Assembly (NCBI RefSeq): GCF_902459465.1
Contig: NC_047079.1
Span: 7,688,001-7,752,000 of the forward strand
Length of the DNA: 64,000 bases
Direction: 5' to 3'
Source of the DNA: Asterias rubens
Lineage: Eukaryota
The notes below the pieces were generated by a model. The model saw only the letters and a list, made by a program, of their open reading frames with translations, did not search any database and was not told where the DNA came from. Below, in pieces: positions 37,695-50,904 of the stretch. A program made the translations under genes and the position numbers. Position 1 is the stretch's first letter; the number at the start of each line of letters is the position of its first letter.

Positions 37695-38201
37695 TTAAGA
37701 TGTTGACGGATGGACTCTGTTGCTATCCCCACTTAAGACAAAAGTGCGTCTACTCTGAACAGATAGACTTTGATGGTTATTTTCTTGTTCAGTAACTTTC
37801 TTGAAGGTGACAATATATAGCTTTGGGAGATACACACATCCCACAGTGACGTAGCCATTTAGAATAAGAACTAAACATATGGAAATCGCTAGAGAAATTG
37901 CATTATCTGCCGTGAAGTACATGGGCATCGCGGCAAGTACGGGAACCAGTGTGGTATAGACGCTGGCCACGTAGAACCTAGCCTCATTGAAGTTACCAGG
38001 GACGTTCCGGGCCTTGTAGGCGAAGAAGCAACACGCTCCGAGAAGGGCGAAGTTGTAGCTCATCGCGACCAGGAACCCAATGTCGAGATCACAGAATATC
38101 TCAAGGGTCCGGGGCTGGTTCCGGGGTGGGATTGGGAACAAGTTCCGGATGGATGTCCAGGAGCCTGGTTTGACGAGAGCTGTTATCAGAATCAGTAAAG
38201 G
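37695..38201 (-). CDS. Class C GPCR B, terminal coding exon
   Basis: Acceptor ttcattccag|CCT; KARNVPGNFNEARF; ends NRVHPSTS*. Confidence 0.88.
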   Translation of the reverse strand, partial: PLLILITALVKPGSWTSIRNLFPIPPRNQPRTLEIFCDLDIGFLVAMSYNFALLGACCFFAYKARNVPGNFNEARFYVASVYTTLVPVLAAMPMYFTADNAISLAISICLVLILNGYVTVGCVYLPKLYIVTFKKVTEQENNHQSLSVQSRRTFVLSGDSNRVHPSTS

Positions 38202-38811
38202 CTGGAATGAAAGAAGTCAAATTGAAAGATTTTAGTTAGGTGTGGAATAAGACATAGGTTAGAATCGCAGAAGCTGCAATGAAAGAGGATTAATGGAAAA
38301 AGGTTTAAGTTACAAGGCTGGAAATGAACAACTAAATAATAAGCTCTTTAATAAGGCGAAAACTGTCAAAGGAGTAAAAAGTAATGAGGCAAGGGTACGA
38401 TCTTAAAATTACTCTTCGATTTCTGAACTGTAGAATCTTACCAACCCGAAGCTTTACCTATTCACTAAATTGACATAAAACTTCGGTACATCATTACCAA
38501 TCATCTAAATAAAAGAAACACATTGTTGGTTACAAAATAAAACGACACTAAGAGTATAGCTATGTTTATGTTTTGATTTTTGTTATTCCAAGGAGCAATC
38601 CAGAGTGCACTGCCTTCACATTTAAAAAAAAAAATACAATAACAGCAAAATCATACGGCACAAAGACCTTTTCCAATTTGCTAAATTACAACTGAACACA
38701 AGGTCGAATTCAGTTTTGTGATGTATCATTTTCCATGATAGATATAGTCCCAGCTGTTCAAAGGTAAATCGCGGATCTTTGATGACTTGTTTTAGGTTGT
38801 ACAAGCGAATA

Positions 38812-39172
38812 AACAAAAGTCATGCGTTATTTTCAAACTAACCTCACATGAGCCAGATTCAAAACGGCTACCTTTCATTTTGTTTTTACAACAAAATAGG
38901 TTAAATGTTAAATTGTCATACGTTTTCTGAACAAAAGTCATGCGTTATTTTCAAATTAACCCTGCACGAGCCAGATTCAAAATGGCCACCGTTTTCACTT
39001 TTCACTTTTTGACAGCAACTCAGGTTAAGTGTTCAATTGTTGTGCATTATATACCGCTTTTCCCCTCTCTTATCCCCATAACCTTGATCGTGTTACAATG
39101 ATTCTTCTTGTTTTGCATTATATACCGCTTTTCCCCTCTCTTATCCCCATAACCTTGATCGTGTTACAATGA
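38812..39172. repeat. Two adjacent local duplications (118-bp period, diverged; 71-bp period with a 59-bp perfect core) in the GPCR B intron
   Basis: aacaaaagtcatgcgttattttcaaa at 38812 and 38930; tgcattatataccgc..gtgttacaatga at 39043 and 39114. Confidence 0.85.
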
Positions 39173-42054
39173 CGCTTTAATTCACTCGCATAAATCCATT
39201 TTAGTTTGTAGCATAGTCCAGTAACAGCAAAATCAATTTATGTGTGACATTCAAGTATTACCAAAGAGCTTTACATTGAGTTTACTGAATTACTCGGTTT
39301 TTCACCAATACATTTTCCTACAGAGTCCCCAATTATTTTCTTCTTCACGTATCTGTTGAGCTTGGTCGAACCTTGGAAATTAATGGATTTTCTTTCTATC
39401 TTTTCGTTATCTCCTCTTCAAGATTGAGGCTTCTCGATGCTACTTCGATTATTCTAATTAGACAGTCTTTGGATCACTATTTAGGAATCTTTGAAAGCAA
39501 AAAGTTATAATAAAATAATAAAAACTTTGAACAAATTACAGAAAATTTCCCACTATTTCTTCGTGTTTTGACCTTCTATAGATTTTCTTGGAGATAAAAT
39601 CCATTGTAATTATGAAATTATTACTCTAATGAGTAATAATTAGTTTCTTCATTTTAAAATACAAACAAAATGCCAAAATTCTTTCTAAGTAGGCATGATA
39701 CCCAAACGTGGTTTTTTTCTCTCTTTATTACAAATTTCGATTAATTAATTAATCAAGACTATTTTAATTAAATACTTCTCTAGAATTTCATTTTATGTTT
39801 TATGTGTTTTCGCAAGATATGGACAGGTTGACTGGATTGTCCATATTTCCCCCATGGAGCTGTTTTCTATGGAATGAAATTGAAAGGCTGGGGGTAACAA
39901 CCGTACGCGACAATCGTTTCTTTCAAATTGAGCTATAAATGAACCATTATTTTATAGATGTTCTGACCTCGCAGTCGGATCGGCATTTATTTCTATTTCC
40001 GATTTTATTATATTTTCCCCCAAGGCTTTCCATTATGTTGTCTTTACTTTGCACAGTTAGTTATCTGAATGGCATAGGCCCTAACGTACTTGTAGGGGGC
40101 GGAAGACAAACCCAGACATATTGTATGTCATACAATGTGACCGTTTAAGCTTCCACTATAGTTTTTAAAATGTTTTTAATTATTTAACAACGTTTTTGTG
40201 AGGTGGATATTAGCATGAGTCAATCATGTTTCGACCATGTCTCAAGAACTGTAATGAAATTCAAAATTTTGTTAAGTTCTTAACTTGGATACCACTTAAC
40301 CATGTCAACCATGGTGACGGGCCTCGCCTCGGTCCGTTAACAGCACCAGCCACCAACCCGGTCATTACCACGCAATGAAGACCGGGGTCGCACTGTATTC
40401 CCTAAGTATGGACCGAACTGACGTATTTATAAGGCAAAGTAAACCCAACTTAAAGGCCTATAGGACCCCGGGCCAGTATATCCACAAAATTTCGCAGTGA
40501 CGCTCACCTTTCTCCGCTTACTGTGCTAGTGTCAAATATCTGGCTAGCTTTACAGAGCTATAAGAATGCAAATAAGCGAGGGTATAAACACGCTCAAGCA
40601 TACATTCCCTGCTAGCTGTAAAATACACTTAACGAACGTAAACGCATAATTGCCTGCTTCCGTAAGCGCCGATTCTTCCCTTATGGTAAGCAGAGCCATA
40701 CATGTATCAATATAGAATCACTTCGCTCATTCTGAATACTTTTGCTGATTCAAAAACCATTTTGCTTTTTCGTTACAGTTTTACTCATTACACGGATGCT
40801 TGTTGATGTAGAATTGTAAAGGTAATTACAATCAACATTACATCATTCATGTCATTCAATGTTTCACCACAAGACACATGAATGAAAGAACCATTTCAAT
40901 TTTTCAGTAATAAAAAAATGTGAATGAATCAATTTGTATACTCAGAATCACTTCGCTGATTTGGAATCAGTTCGCTTAGTCTGAATTATATCGCTTATTT
41001 GGAAATCATTCGCTTATTCTGAATAATTTGTTTGTCATTTAGCAACCATTTAACGATTTCGCTCATCTTTCATTCATAACCATTACGCTTGTTGATAAAG
41101 ATTATGAAAAATTTTTAAACTAATAATAAGAATAATAAAACAGTATTAATATAGTGCAATATGAATTGCCATTCCTCAAAACGAAAAGCATTACAAGAAA
41201 ACAAAACTTATAGGCCTATGTTCCCCAATAAATTTAAAAAACAAATAATAACAAAATTAGGCCAGACCAGCTGTTTACCTAAATGAAACCAATAAAAATA
41301 CTACAAACAACTATAATGCCTAAAGGATCTGAATAATTACTCTTTACACTAAAAAGTTAAAATTACAAGTATACACTTAACACTACATCTTTATGATTCA
41401 CCACAAGACACTTACAGTTTTTACATGCATTGATAGTAGGCCTACCATTTCGATGGTCATTTATAAAATGTGTATGCCGTGTAAACTTCCAAATCTCAGG
41501 CAGGTGTATTCGTCCATGCACGGTCCACGTTTACTCGTACATGATGCCTTTGATCGAAGCCAAATAAGTAAAGAAACAAGTTTGTATGTTTCACATAGGT
41601 TTGTCTTCAGTGATAAGGTTTGGAAAGAAAAGGCTGGCACTTTGTGTTGATTGACAACATACATAGAGCGAAACACTGCAAAAATAGTGCTATTTATTAG
41701 CAAAAAAAGTGGTTGTACGTAATCAATCGAAGAACCATGTAGAACTTCCTCCATAGTGCGTACACCCATTAAAGATCGTGCTGCGCGAGGACAAAATCAG
41801 AATCGTTTTATTTTCCACGAAAGAAGCTTCTCAAGAGCCAAAAATTTGAAAAATAAGAACATGTTCTACTGATTGTGTTAATGTAGGTACATATTTCTTT
41901 TTGTAAAAAAAATGTAAAATGTATGCTTTAATATATTGATTCCGTCGAGATTCCAGGAGCATTCGAACTCAGATCACCTGGGTAATAGCACCCGCGGTAA
42001 ACCGCGGCCCAATCGATCCATCAACACAGAATGAGTGATTTTATTCCTTATATA

Positions 42055-43420
42055 TGTCGGACTCTGTTATAAATTGCATATTATAAAATAATTTTTATTA
42101 GTCCGACGAAGAATTCTTACTTTAGTTAATAGTCCGACGAAGATTATTTTATAGTTTAAGTTGTCCAACGAGGATTCTTAAGTTTATTATAGAGTCATTG
42201 TTTCAAGTTTCGCCTTCTGTGTGGGTGTTAGCATGGAGGAATAATAGTTTTTCTTAGTTTTATAATTCTGAGAAACATTTGTTTATAGTACCACATCCTT
42301 AAGAGGAGTGGCCAGAGTCACTGTCCAGGAATTCCTTGACCATAAGACATAGCAGTTGGTTGCCCCCAGGGACATGACGTAAGGCTATGTTGCAATGACT
42401 GTTGCAAGGTTAGTAGCTTCCTTGAACTGTGCCCGGATTTGATTGTCTTTAGCTGCCCACACGTTTTCTTAAGAACTTAGGCCACTAATTCTTTTCTCAT
42501 TGGTCAAGCCCAACCAGAATGTTATTGTTTTAATATTTCTGGCCAATCATAGTTTAACTTTCCTGTCCGAGTGCGTGACCAGCTTGGTATATCCTGGCTC
42601 GTTTTCCTCTGGATCCTCAGAGCGAAAATCGGCCTAATGCAAGGAAGACTTCTTGAAAGTGTTTAGATAGTTACACTTTGCGTAGATTTTGTTTGGAACA
42701 TTTGTTACTTCCCTAAGTACGTTCCTAAACCCCCCCTTCTTGCATCTTTACCACGTGCTCTGTTGATACAGGTAAGCTTTGATTATTTCTTTCATATTGT
42801 ATAAGATTTATCACTTGTGCATTTGCCGTTTGAAAGATTTGTTCGATAAGGTAGTTGGAGTAAGACTCAAGATGGATGGTACAGTTCAATATGAGTTTAA
42901 ACAATTATGTTGATTGTTCGAACAATGCTGCTAAGAAATTCCTTGAGTGTTTTATTGTGTAATCCTTTTTGTTGTTTATCATGTGTACGGAAAAGCTTTA
43001 GGAGTTCCGTCTATTTAATCGTATATTCCTCTTACTTTCTATTGCCGATATGATTTAGTTGTATATTGCATTTATTGCTAATTAGCAGTTAGATTTTACA
43101 CTCAGTGCTATTCTTTTGCCGTTCGAGTGATTAGGTCACTAATCAAGTTTAGTGATTAGGTCACTAATCAAGTTTAGTGATTAGGTCACGTACTAAGCTT
43201 CTAATCCATATACGACTCAAGTCTGTCATTTCTACCGTTTCTAAGATTACGAATAAATAAAAATCGTGCATTAAACCTATGGCGTTTAGGCGGAAACCAA
43301 GAACAACGTTTCTAAAACGTTTTGAAAAACTCGACGAAAACAATACCTGTTCCGACGGTAGGTCGGAACAGCTAATTACATACACTTGTAAACCAATCTT
43401 AAAACCTGCTATAGTTAACA
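42055..43420. mobile_element. Possible LTR-like remnant with internal short repeats
   Basis: TG..CA candidate ends, CCAAT/TATA-like core, three tagtccgacgaaga-like repeats (42098-42180) and 25-bp repeats. No TSD was confirmed. Confidence 0.3.
43126..43189. repeat. 25-bp tandem repeat (agtgattaggtcactaatcaagttt) x2.5
   Basis: Starts at 43126, 43151 and 43176. Confidence 0.9.
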
Positions 43421-43627
43421 ACGTAAATAATTAAGGTTTGCTTAACCTTGTAAACCAATTAAAGCTTGCTAGCTACTATAAGGGCACTGGACACTATTTT
43501 GTCAATGTTTTGTTATTTTATTTGTTGGGATGCACCAAGTGAGAATACTGGTCTTTGACAATTACCAAACGTAAAGGCACTGGTGGACATGTTTGGTAAT
43601 AAGTCTTTATACATCATTTCCAAACTT

Positions 43628-43723
43628 GAGTACTTCCCGAGTTCTGTGAAAAAAAACACCAAGGCACATTACTCGGTTGGGATTCGAACCCACGACTTTG
43701 CCAATCTAGAGCTTGTGTCTTAC
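43628..43723 (-). mobile_element. tRNA-derived SINE fragment
   Basis: The reverse complement gtaagacacaagctctagattggcaaagtcgtgggttcgaatccc.. matches the element at 9604 onward. Confidence 0.7.
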
Positions 43724-43882
43724 ATAATGCACAGAAATAGTTTATTGCCCGACGTTTCGGCCCTAGCAGAGTCTTTATCGAAGGCAAAAAGACTATGCTT
43801 GGTTGAAACGTAAGGCCATTATTTGTTGGTAAACAGTTTGCAACAGCTAATTATATTTTCTCATAAAATTATGAAAAATTAC

Positions 43883-45916
43883 CTGAATCATGACCAACAA
43901 TGCTACGATGACCAACTGTGCGATGGGTCCAGTGTATCGAGGAGGCCTGACCGTCTTCGTACTACTCTCGAAGATTCTGTAGATGCGATTGACTTTAAGG
44001 AGCAAAGAGGCAAATATCAGAGTGAATGATGAGACGTAGAGGATTGAACCCATACCGCAGGAGGTGGCACTAGGTGGGCAGAGTAGAGGGTACACAGTAA
44101 CGAAGGAGAGGAACAGACCAAGCAAGTTAACACAACTCAGTTCTCGACTACTTGCTTTAATTAAAGGATGGCGGCGATGTTTGATCATACCAATGGTTGC
44201 TATAACACAGAGTAGCAACCCGAGTGAACTTAGGAATATCAGGCTGATAACTGCAGGTTCGTCCCATGTAACTGTCTTAGCATGGAGTTTATCACATACC
44301 GTGTAGTTCGAGTTCGGCCATTCGTTCTGTTCACAGCTCACGCATTCTGTTCCGACCACGATATCATCAACTCTACAAGCGCGACATTTCCAACAGCATC
44401 TCTTGGTGGAGTCAATCTCTTCAACGTAACCAACCGGGCATACGTCACGACAAACGGACTGGGGGATATCACTATTGCCCTCCACCCATTGCACCAGTCT
44501 TTCGTCTATGGTTAACCGTTCCCCATCCATCAACACGGATTTCCAAGATCCGATTTCAACCAGGTCAAACCCACCTCCCTCTTGTCGCTGCATGTTCTTA
44601 ACCGAAACCTGAGCAGGAACAAAATTTCCTTCAAACTCAAATTGACCTCTCGTCCCAGGGAAAGAAACCTTCTGTAGGTTTCTGAACAGGTCATCGTCAA
44701 AGCCCTTTTGAAAAATACAATTTGAGATTGAGTTATTGCATAAATCGGAGATGGTTTGATCGAGAGCGTATGCTACGGATAAGACGGCGTCGATTGTTGG
44801 GGCTAGGGTTGCTATCTCACCGCTGAATCCCTCTTCGCTTGACTCTTGACAGATATCAGAACCGGAACAGAACTCATTAAACCATGGGTTTTGGGTTGTG
44901 TTCAGTCCAGTGAGGAGAGAGCGAAAATACTCCTCGAATTCAATCAGTTTGGGTTTACTGTATTCAATGAAGACACCGCCTTGTGACTGCCTGTTTCGGA
45001 TGAGCTGGGTGCCCCACGAGTCGCTCGCAACCCAAGTTCGTTCTAACGGTGATTCTGCTGTACTGACAGCACTCATGACAGCATTAGCAGCGGCTGCTGA
45101 GGAGACTAGGAGAAGAATCACCTTAGCGTGTCTATGTTCTTGCAATACCTCCACCATGACCTGTAATTCATCTACTGTTGGGACTTCACTCAGCATCACT
45201 TGTACGTCCATACACATTGACTTAGAGTTTGCTAAATCGAGGATATCATGTAGAAGATGCATAATGTCATGATCAGAGGAATACACTACGGCTGTGTATT
45301 CCCAGTTGTAGTGGGCTAAGATATCAACTATTGCCTCAGCTTTATGGCTATCTGATGGGATAGTGCTAAAGAAGTACGGGTGTCCATGCTCACCGTGGAG
45401 CTCCTGGTCAGTGGCGCCGTACGAAACCAACGGTCGCTCGAAGAGTTCTACGGTGTTGATGACTACCTCGCTGGAGGAGGTTTTAGCAGTCCCAATAATC
45501 CCGACAGCCATTCTCTCCGTAATCCCGATATTGGGTCCAGGGATATTGCAGAAACCACCCTCAAGAGATGGCTGAGCCCCCAGGACCAGAGACAGGGAGC
45601 ACCAGGTGGAGTACTCCGGCCAGGAACAATCGTCATGAATGATAAACCCTAGAGTAACGTTTGGAAGTACAGAGTCATCTTGGTTGATAGTCATCACAGC
45701 AAACGCCATGGCTTCGGTTAACTGTAAGGCCGAGACTGGGTATCGTCCCCGGCATCCCTCCATCTCCGAGACGTCACCGTCCCCGTGGAGAGAGAATAAC
45801 CCCCCGATGTTAACATCCCCTGGCACGCTATAAGTCGTGCATACTTCACGAGGGATGTGTGTGCAGACGACAATGTGTGCAAACAGCACAAACAGACTAT
45901 AGACACCGATCATCAT
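43883..45916 (-). CDS. Class C GPCR B, large first coding exon (VFT, 9-Cys domain, TM1-TM4); about 846 aa in total
   Basis: Same motifs as A; full CCWKCRAC..CVSC..C domain; donor CAG|gtaatt at 43882; 5.7-kb intron to 38201. Confidence 0.92.
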
Positions 45917-46329
45917 TCTAGACACTCTACTGTAGCCGTCTTGTGAGACGTTTTTCCAGCTGTCTTCTCCGTCAGTGCACTACGTTTTATTTGTTTCCAT
46001 CACATTACGCTCGCTTTATATCCCCAACAGCTGATGCGTGGTTCACTTGCGTCTTGCAAACGCACTGCTCGATAGCCTAGTCAAATCTATAAATAATCCA
46101 TCTTAATTTTTTCTTCTTCTTCTGATTTACATTTTTGTTTGTATCTGCAGTTTCTTGGGCGGAAGAATTTTTAAACCGTCATGATTGTCAAGGCGACTCT
46201 TAGCAGCGAGTTTTTAATGCGGTGTATGAGGGCGGTATAGTGATTATCGACTGCAGTATAATGTGTGTGGATACCGGGTGTGACAGTAGATTCCTTACCC
46301 CCCCCCCCCCTCCCCCGCCCCCATTACAG

Positions 46330-46447
46330 CGAACTGTGTACAAACTTCTTCTGATAGCGCCCTCTTTTGAATCGTCCTCCTCTAGCCCGTTTAAATTCCC
46401 CATGTGGGGGACAAAATCCCTGGTGGACAGATTTTCATGAAACGCCG
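46330..46447. repeat. Interspersed repeat that hosts the Transib insertion
   Basis: cgaactgtgtac..ctgatagcgccctcttttgaatc..gggg(t)aca..gcagattt also occurs at about 54874-54985 without the Transib. Confidence 0.6.
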
Positions 46448-47700
46448 CACAGTGGGCCAGAATGGGATGAAAGTGCGCCAAAAATATAAATCATTAAGTT
46501 TTGTGCAGGAAGGTTCAACTACTTAGCTTTTCCGACCCGTAGAATCCAATGGTGATAATTAGATCGGAGTATGACGTCAGCAAAATACCGATTTTTGATT
46601 GGTCCTGACGTAATGGACTGTTTATCGCGGTAAAATTGTGACTAATTATTGCTTTTCAGTCAAAACACAATTATCCTTTCAGCCAGTCTGTGTTCTTACG
46701 TTCAAAACTTTGTTTGTTTCGGCTGCTTTCTGCCCATTTCCTCCTCAATTTGTAAATGAAATCCCGAATGCTTTTAGTCACTGACTGACGAATCTCCTCC
46801 GGAATATCACATTGCGGAACATGAAACACATCTGTGAATAATTCTAAGCAACCACGACAAGAGTTTTCAATGTTTGATGCATCATCAACAGAACTAACAA
46901 CTTCAAATAATCGCTTTCTTGGTAAAGACGCCATTGTGCACTGTGGTACAGCTGACAGATACATTTAAAGACAACTAGCGGCAGTATCCCTCATCACAAC
47001 ATATGAGACACCAAGTACATTGAAATTTCCACTGCGCAATCAGACATAAATAGGGGTATCATATTGCACCTTTCCGGCGAGCGCAGCCTTGCTTGGGTGT
47101 CGTGTTTCTCAGTGGAGCGCGCCATATGTAATAATCAGAAAAGGGGCGAAAACGTACAGTGATCGCTTCAGAAAAACTGCTCTAAAATCGTGTATCGCAG
47201 GTTGTCGCAGCTAAATTTGGTACCAAAATGATGCAAACAAGTTGCTCTATTAGAAATGAGTAGACTTTAGGCAGCAATCGACGGCAATCTTTAGTTTCCG
47301 TATTGCTGAACACAGAAAACGTAAATTTCATGTCAATGTTGACACAATTGTCAGTATTTATTCATAGAAAACTTCAACAACAAAAAAAACTGATTTAATT
47401 TCCTTCAAATATGAACCCTAAACTAGAGCCAAGTGAAAGTTTAGCTCCGTAACTCAATGCACGGTGTCTAATTTTGCTTTATGAAGATTTCTGCAACTAT
47501 TTTCATTTTATGGCCAATTTCTGTGGGTTTGCATACCTTTAAGAGGTCATGACAAGTCAATATATATATTTTTTGCTTAATTTCCCCATAAAATGGTCCC
47601 ATGGGGTATAAGCAACCTCAAAAGTGTTGAAAAAATTAAAACTAGCAGGGTCACGTTTCACCCTTTTTGGCGCACTTTGGTTTCGGCCTGGCCCACTGTG
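46448..47700 (-). mobile_element. Transib-superfamily DNA transposon, internally deleted (1253 bp)
   Basis: Ends CACAGTG..CACTGTG; perfect 5-bp GC-rich TSD cgccg (46443-46447, 47701-47705); bipartite TIR of 13 bp + 9-bp variable spacer + 15 bp. Confidence 0.85.
46671..46934 (-). pseudogene. Probable N-terminal remnant of a Transib transposase (87 aa)
   Basis: MASLPRKRLFE..KLRRKWAESSRNKQSFERKNTDWLKG resembles the KW..R..F..N..WL N-terminal motif recalled from Transib transposases; no catalytic core. Recall only, not searched. Confidence 0.55.
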
Positions 47701-48695
47701 CGCCGGTTTGGGGTTTTGACACGGACTATGTGTCAAAAGTTTCAGGTCAAGTTCACAAAACTTGATGTCATTTTTTGTTGTTATGTTTTTATTGGAGGGG
47801 GGGGGGGGCTGGGTGTTAGCCTACTCAAACGAGAAAGAAGCTCGTAGTAGTAAACTACAATACATTTTACCAAATTATAAGATATTATGAAAATGTTGCT
47901 TCCCAACTTAATTGGACAAGAACTTTAAAAACTGCGAACTAAAGCTACATATCTCGTTGTTACCAAATCAAATTGAACTCAACTGAAATATACAAAGGTC
48001 ATTAGTTACTCAAAATGAAGAAAATGAACAAATCAATACTAGAGTCGAGATTTGATCATCGTATGCAGAATTGACTTTAATCAAATTAACCACGAATTTA
48101 AAGAATGGTGTTCTCATTGTTGATGAGCAATTTAAGAATAAAATTTAATTGTAACTTGGTAGAAATCTTGTTTTGCGGTATGAAATTTAATCAAACGCAG
48201 CGATTCGGAAAGTACTCTAATCAAATTATTCAAGAAATCGGGGAATGGTGTTCTCATTGTTGCAATTAGATTTGTCGTAAATTGTAGAATTTTTGCTTTG
48301 TGGTAAAATAAAGTTCGATACAACGACGTCATTGTCGTAAAACAAAACAGTTTTAATCTATAACAAATCTATTTCTGTCTTCTTTTAGATGTTTGTATCA
48401 CAACTCTGTTCTTAATTTTACCAAATTAAATAAGCCCAATGCGACCTTTACTATTTCGGAGTTATTATTGTGTTTTCTCGAAGCCGTTCCCTCCTTATTT
48501 CTAAATCGAAAACTACCGGATTGGATTGAATCTTCCATGATCCTTTGATGCATCACTTTACTAAGGATGTCGAATTTTTTCGAAGAGCAACTTCAAACTG
48601 CGTCTGCCAAATAACCGTTGATATATCGAAGATTCGACAAAAAAAACGTGCGCGTGCGGCATGCCTAAGGTTTAAGATAAAATGTTTTAATTTAA

Positions 48696-49072
48696 AGGCA
48701 GTGGACACTATTGGTAATTACTCAAAGTAATTTTTAGCATAAAACCTTTCTTGGTGACGAGTAATGGGGAGAGGTTGATGGTATAAAGCATTGTGAGAAA
48801 CGGCTCCCTCTGAAGTGCCATAGTTTTCGAGAAAGAAGTAATTTTCCACGAATTTGATTTCGAGACCTCAGATTTAGAACTTGAGGTCTCGAATCAACCA
48901 TCTAAACGCACACAACTTCGTGTAACATGGGTGTTTTTTCTTTCATTATTATCTCGCAAGTTCGAAGACCGATTGAGCTCAAATCATCACAGGTTTGTTA
49001 TTTTATGCATATGTTGAGATACACCAACTGTGAAGGCTAGTCTTTGACAATTACCAATAGTGTCCACTGCCT
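48696..49072. mobile_element. 377-bp Kolobok-like MITE, copy 2
   Basis: Perfect 24-bp TIR aggcagtggacactattggtaatt; ttaa on both sides. Confidence 0.88.
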
Positions 49073-50204
49073 TTAAAGAAAAAACACTTCTTTTCAGACC
49101 CAGCATGCAGTATTGCACAATAGACATTGCTTTCAGAATGTCACTACTACCTTGACCCTGTGAACACAATGAGCTAACATACATGGCACCAACGCAACAC
49201 AATGTGCCAAGATGTCTGCTAGTTTGTTTAAACACCGCTAAGGCATAAATGAAGACGTCTGTCTTGACCGCACTCGCATACAATCAAGAAAGTGTATTTT
49301 GTAGTTTTCCTTTTTTTTCATTTAGTGAAAAATGTCCTTCGTGCTTTTCACTAGGAAACACCTTAAAGGATGAAACTTTCGTAGAGAGGTAAATATCCCG
49401 ACTGAAACATAATGAACCGGCCAATATTGGAAGCGAACCCCAACGTCACTATAAACTAAATCATGAACATCGAAAATATCAACTATTTTTTGCAAGGCAT
49501 CCACAACCATATCTAAACAAGTAACTGTTATTCTACTTTTTTCTGTAAACGCGAACAACACAACGGGAAGTTTGAACGTCCTCTTTAGAACAACACATTG
49601 TCTTACTACAACAATACATTGTCAACAAGGACACAAGATACACCCAGTTCTTTATTAATACAAATAGTGCAACAACAGCTCATTATTATAACACAAAACC
49701 CTTTGTTTACTATCATCTCGAAGGATTCTTATTAAAATGTATTGATCACCTCAAAGAATCAATATTAAAACAGCATGAGGGAGAGGACTTAGGATCGATT
49801 CAAGAATGATAGCATTTTCTTTAAAGAAAAGGAAGGAAATACATTTCTTATTGTCGCCACACCTAACAGCAAGGCTGGCTTTGAAAGGAAGGCATTACGC
49901 AGCTGTAGCCTGAACGTCTGACGTCACACTTCGAAGCTCATGCATAACGCTATATACAAGCTTGATTTATGCCGCAGTTCTCGAAAAAGTGAAACGGCAT
50001 GAAACCTGAAGACATTTGAATCATCAGTCCATCACTGTGTTGTAATATCTTCTCAAATGTGACTCTTATTAGGTGTTTTTTTCTCAACCACACTCATTTT
50101 TGAGTTTAGGCAGAAAGTGCCTGTTTTGGCATGGACGATACATATCTTGTTGTTAGATAATGAATTGTGTTTGAATCATGTAAGGTTTTGTATCTCATTC
50201 ATAT

Positions 50205-50406
50205 TTTGATACTCCAAGCCATTTTAACGGATGCGTCCATGAAAACATTTCCAATGGTAATATGTCAATACTATTTTTGTTTGTAGCATCCCTGCAGACC
50301 AACTTGATACTCCTACAAATAAGCCATTTTAACGGCTGCGTCCATGAAAACATTTCCAATGGTTTATGTCAATACTATTTTTGTTTGTAGCATCCCTGCA
50401 GACCAA
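50205..50406. repeat. 105-bp-period tandem duplication
   Basis: aagccattttaacgg..catccctgcagaccaa at 50216 and 50321. Confidence 0.88.
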
Positions 50407-50904
50407 TTTAATAAAGGCCTTCTATTCTAAATAATTCATTTCAGACGGTTCCGGGAAAAACCCTGAACATTGTATCTATGACTACTACAAAAATACACCG
50501 TAAATAATAATTTTGTTATGTGCTTACGCCCCACCACTTATACTAAAAAAATACTAACTGGGCCTCGTTTCTAAATATTAAATAACTATTAAGACACATT
50601 TCGATTGGTTTATTATTACTATACCGTATTATACAGCTGTTTGTTTATTGTTGTTTAATTTTGTCTATTATGATTCCATTATAAACCACATCATCCACAT
50701 GGAGAGTTGCGACAACTTGCGATTATTGTGCCCGTAAAAACGCTTGCGAACACGGGTTGCCAGACTAGTCTGCCCGTTGAGTTGCGCTGCATTTTGAGAC
50801 AAAATGGCGTCCACCAACCAACCATGTGACCAAAGATGACTGGTCCCTCTATGTCGCAACTCTCCCAATATACGGCTCTAACATTGTCTATACACGCCCT
50901 GACT

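Noticed and set aside
46671-46964. The Transib ORF as a RAG1 or RAG2 gene
   Set aside because: Only a short N-terminal-type peptide; no DDE core, RING/zinc-finger, kelch or PHD motifs.
48987-49283. ORFs across the Kolobok-like MITEs (also 9813-10062)
   Set aside because: Chance frames in a 377-bp non-coding element, not conserved between the two copies.
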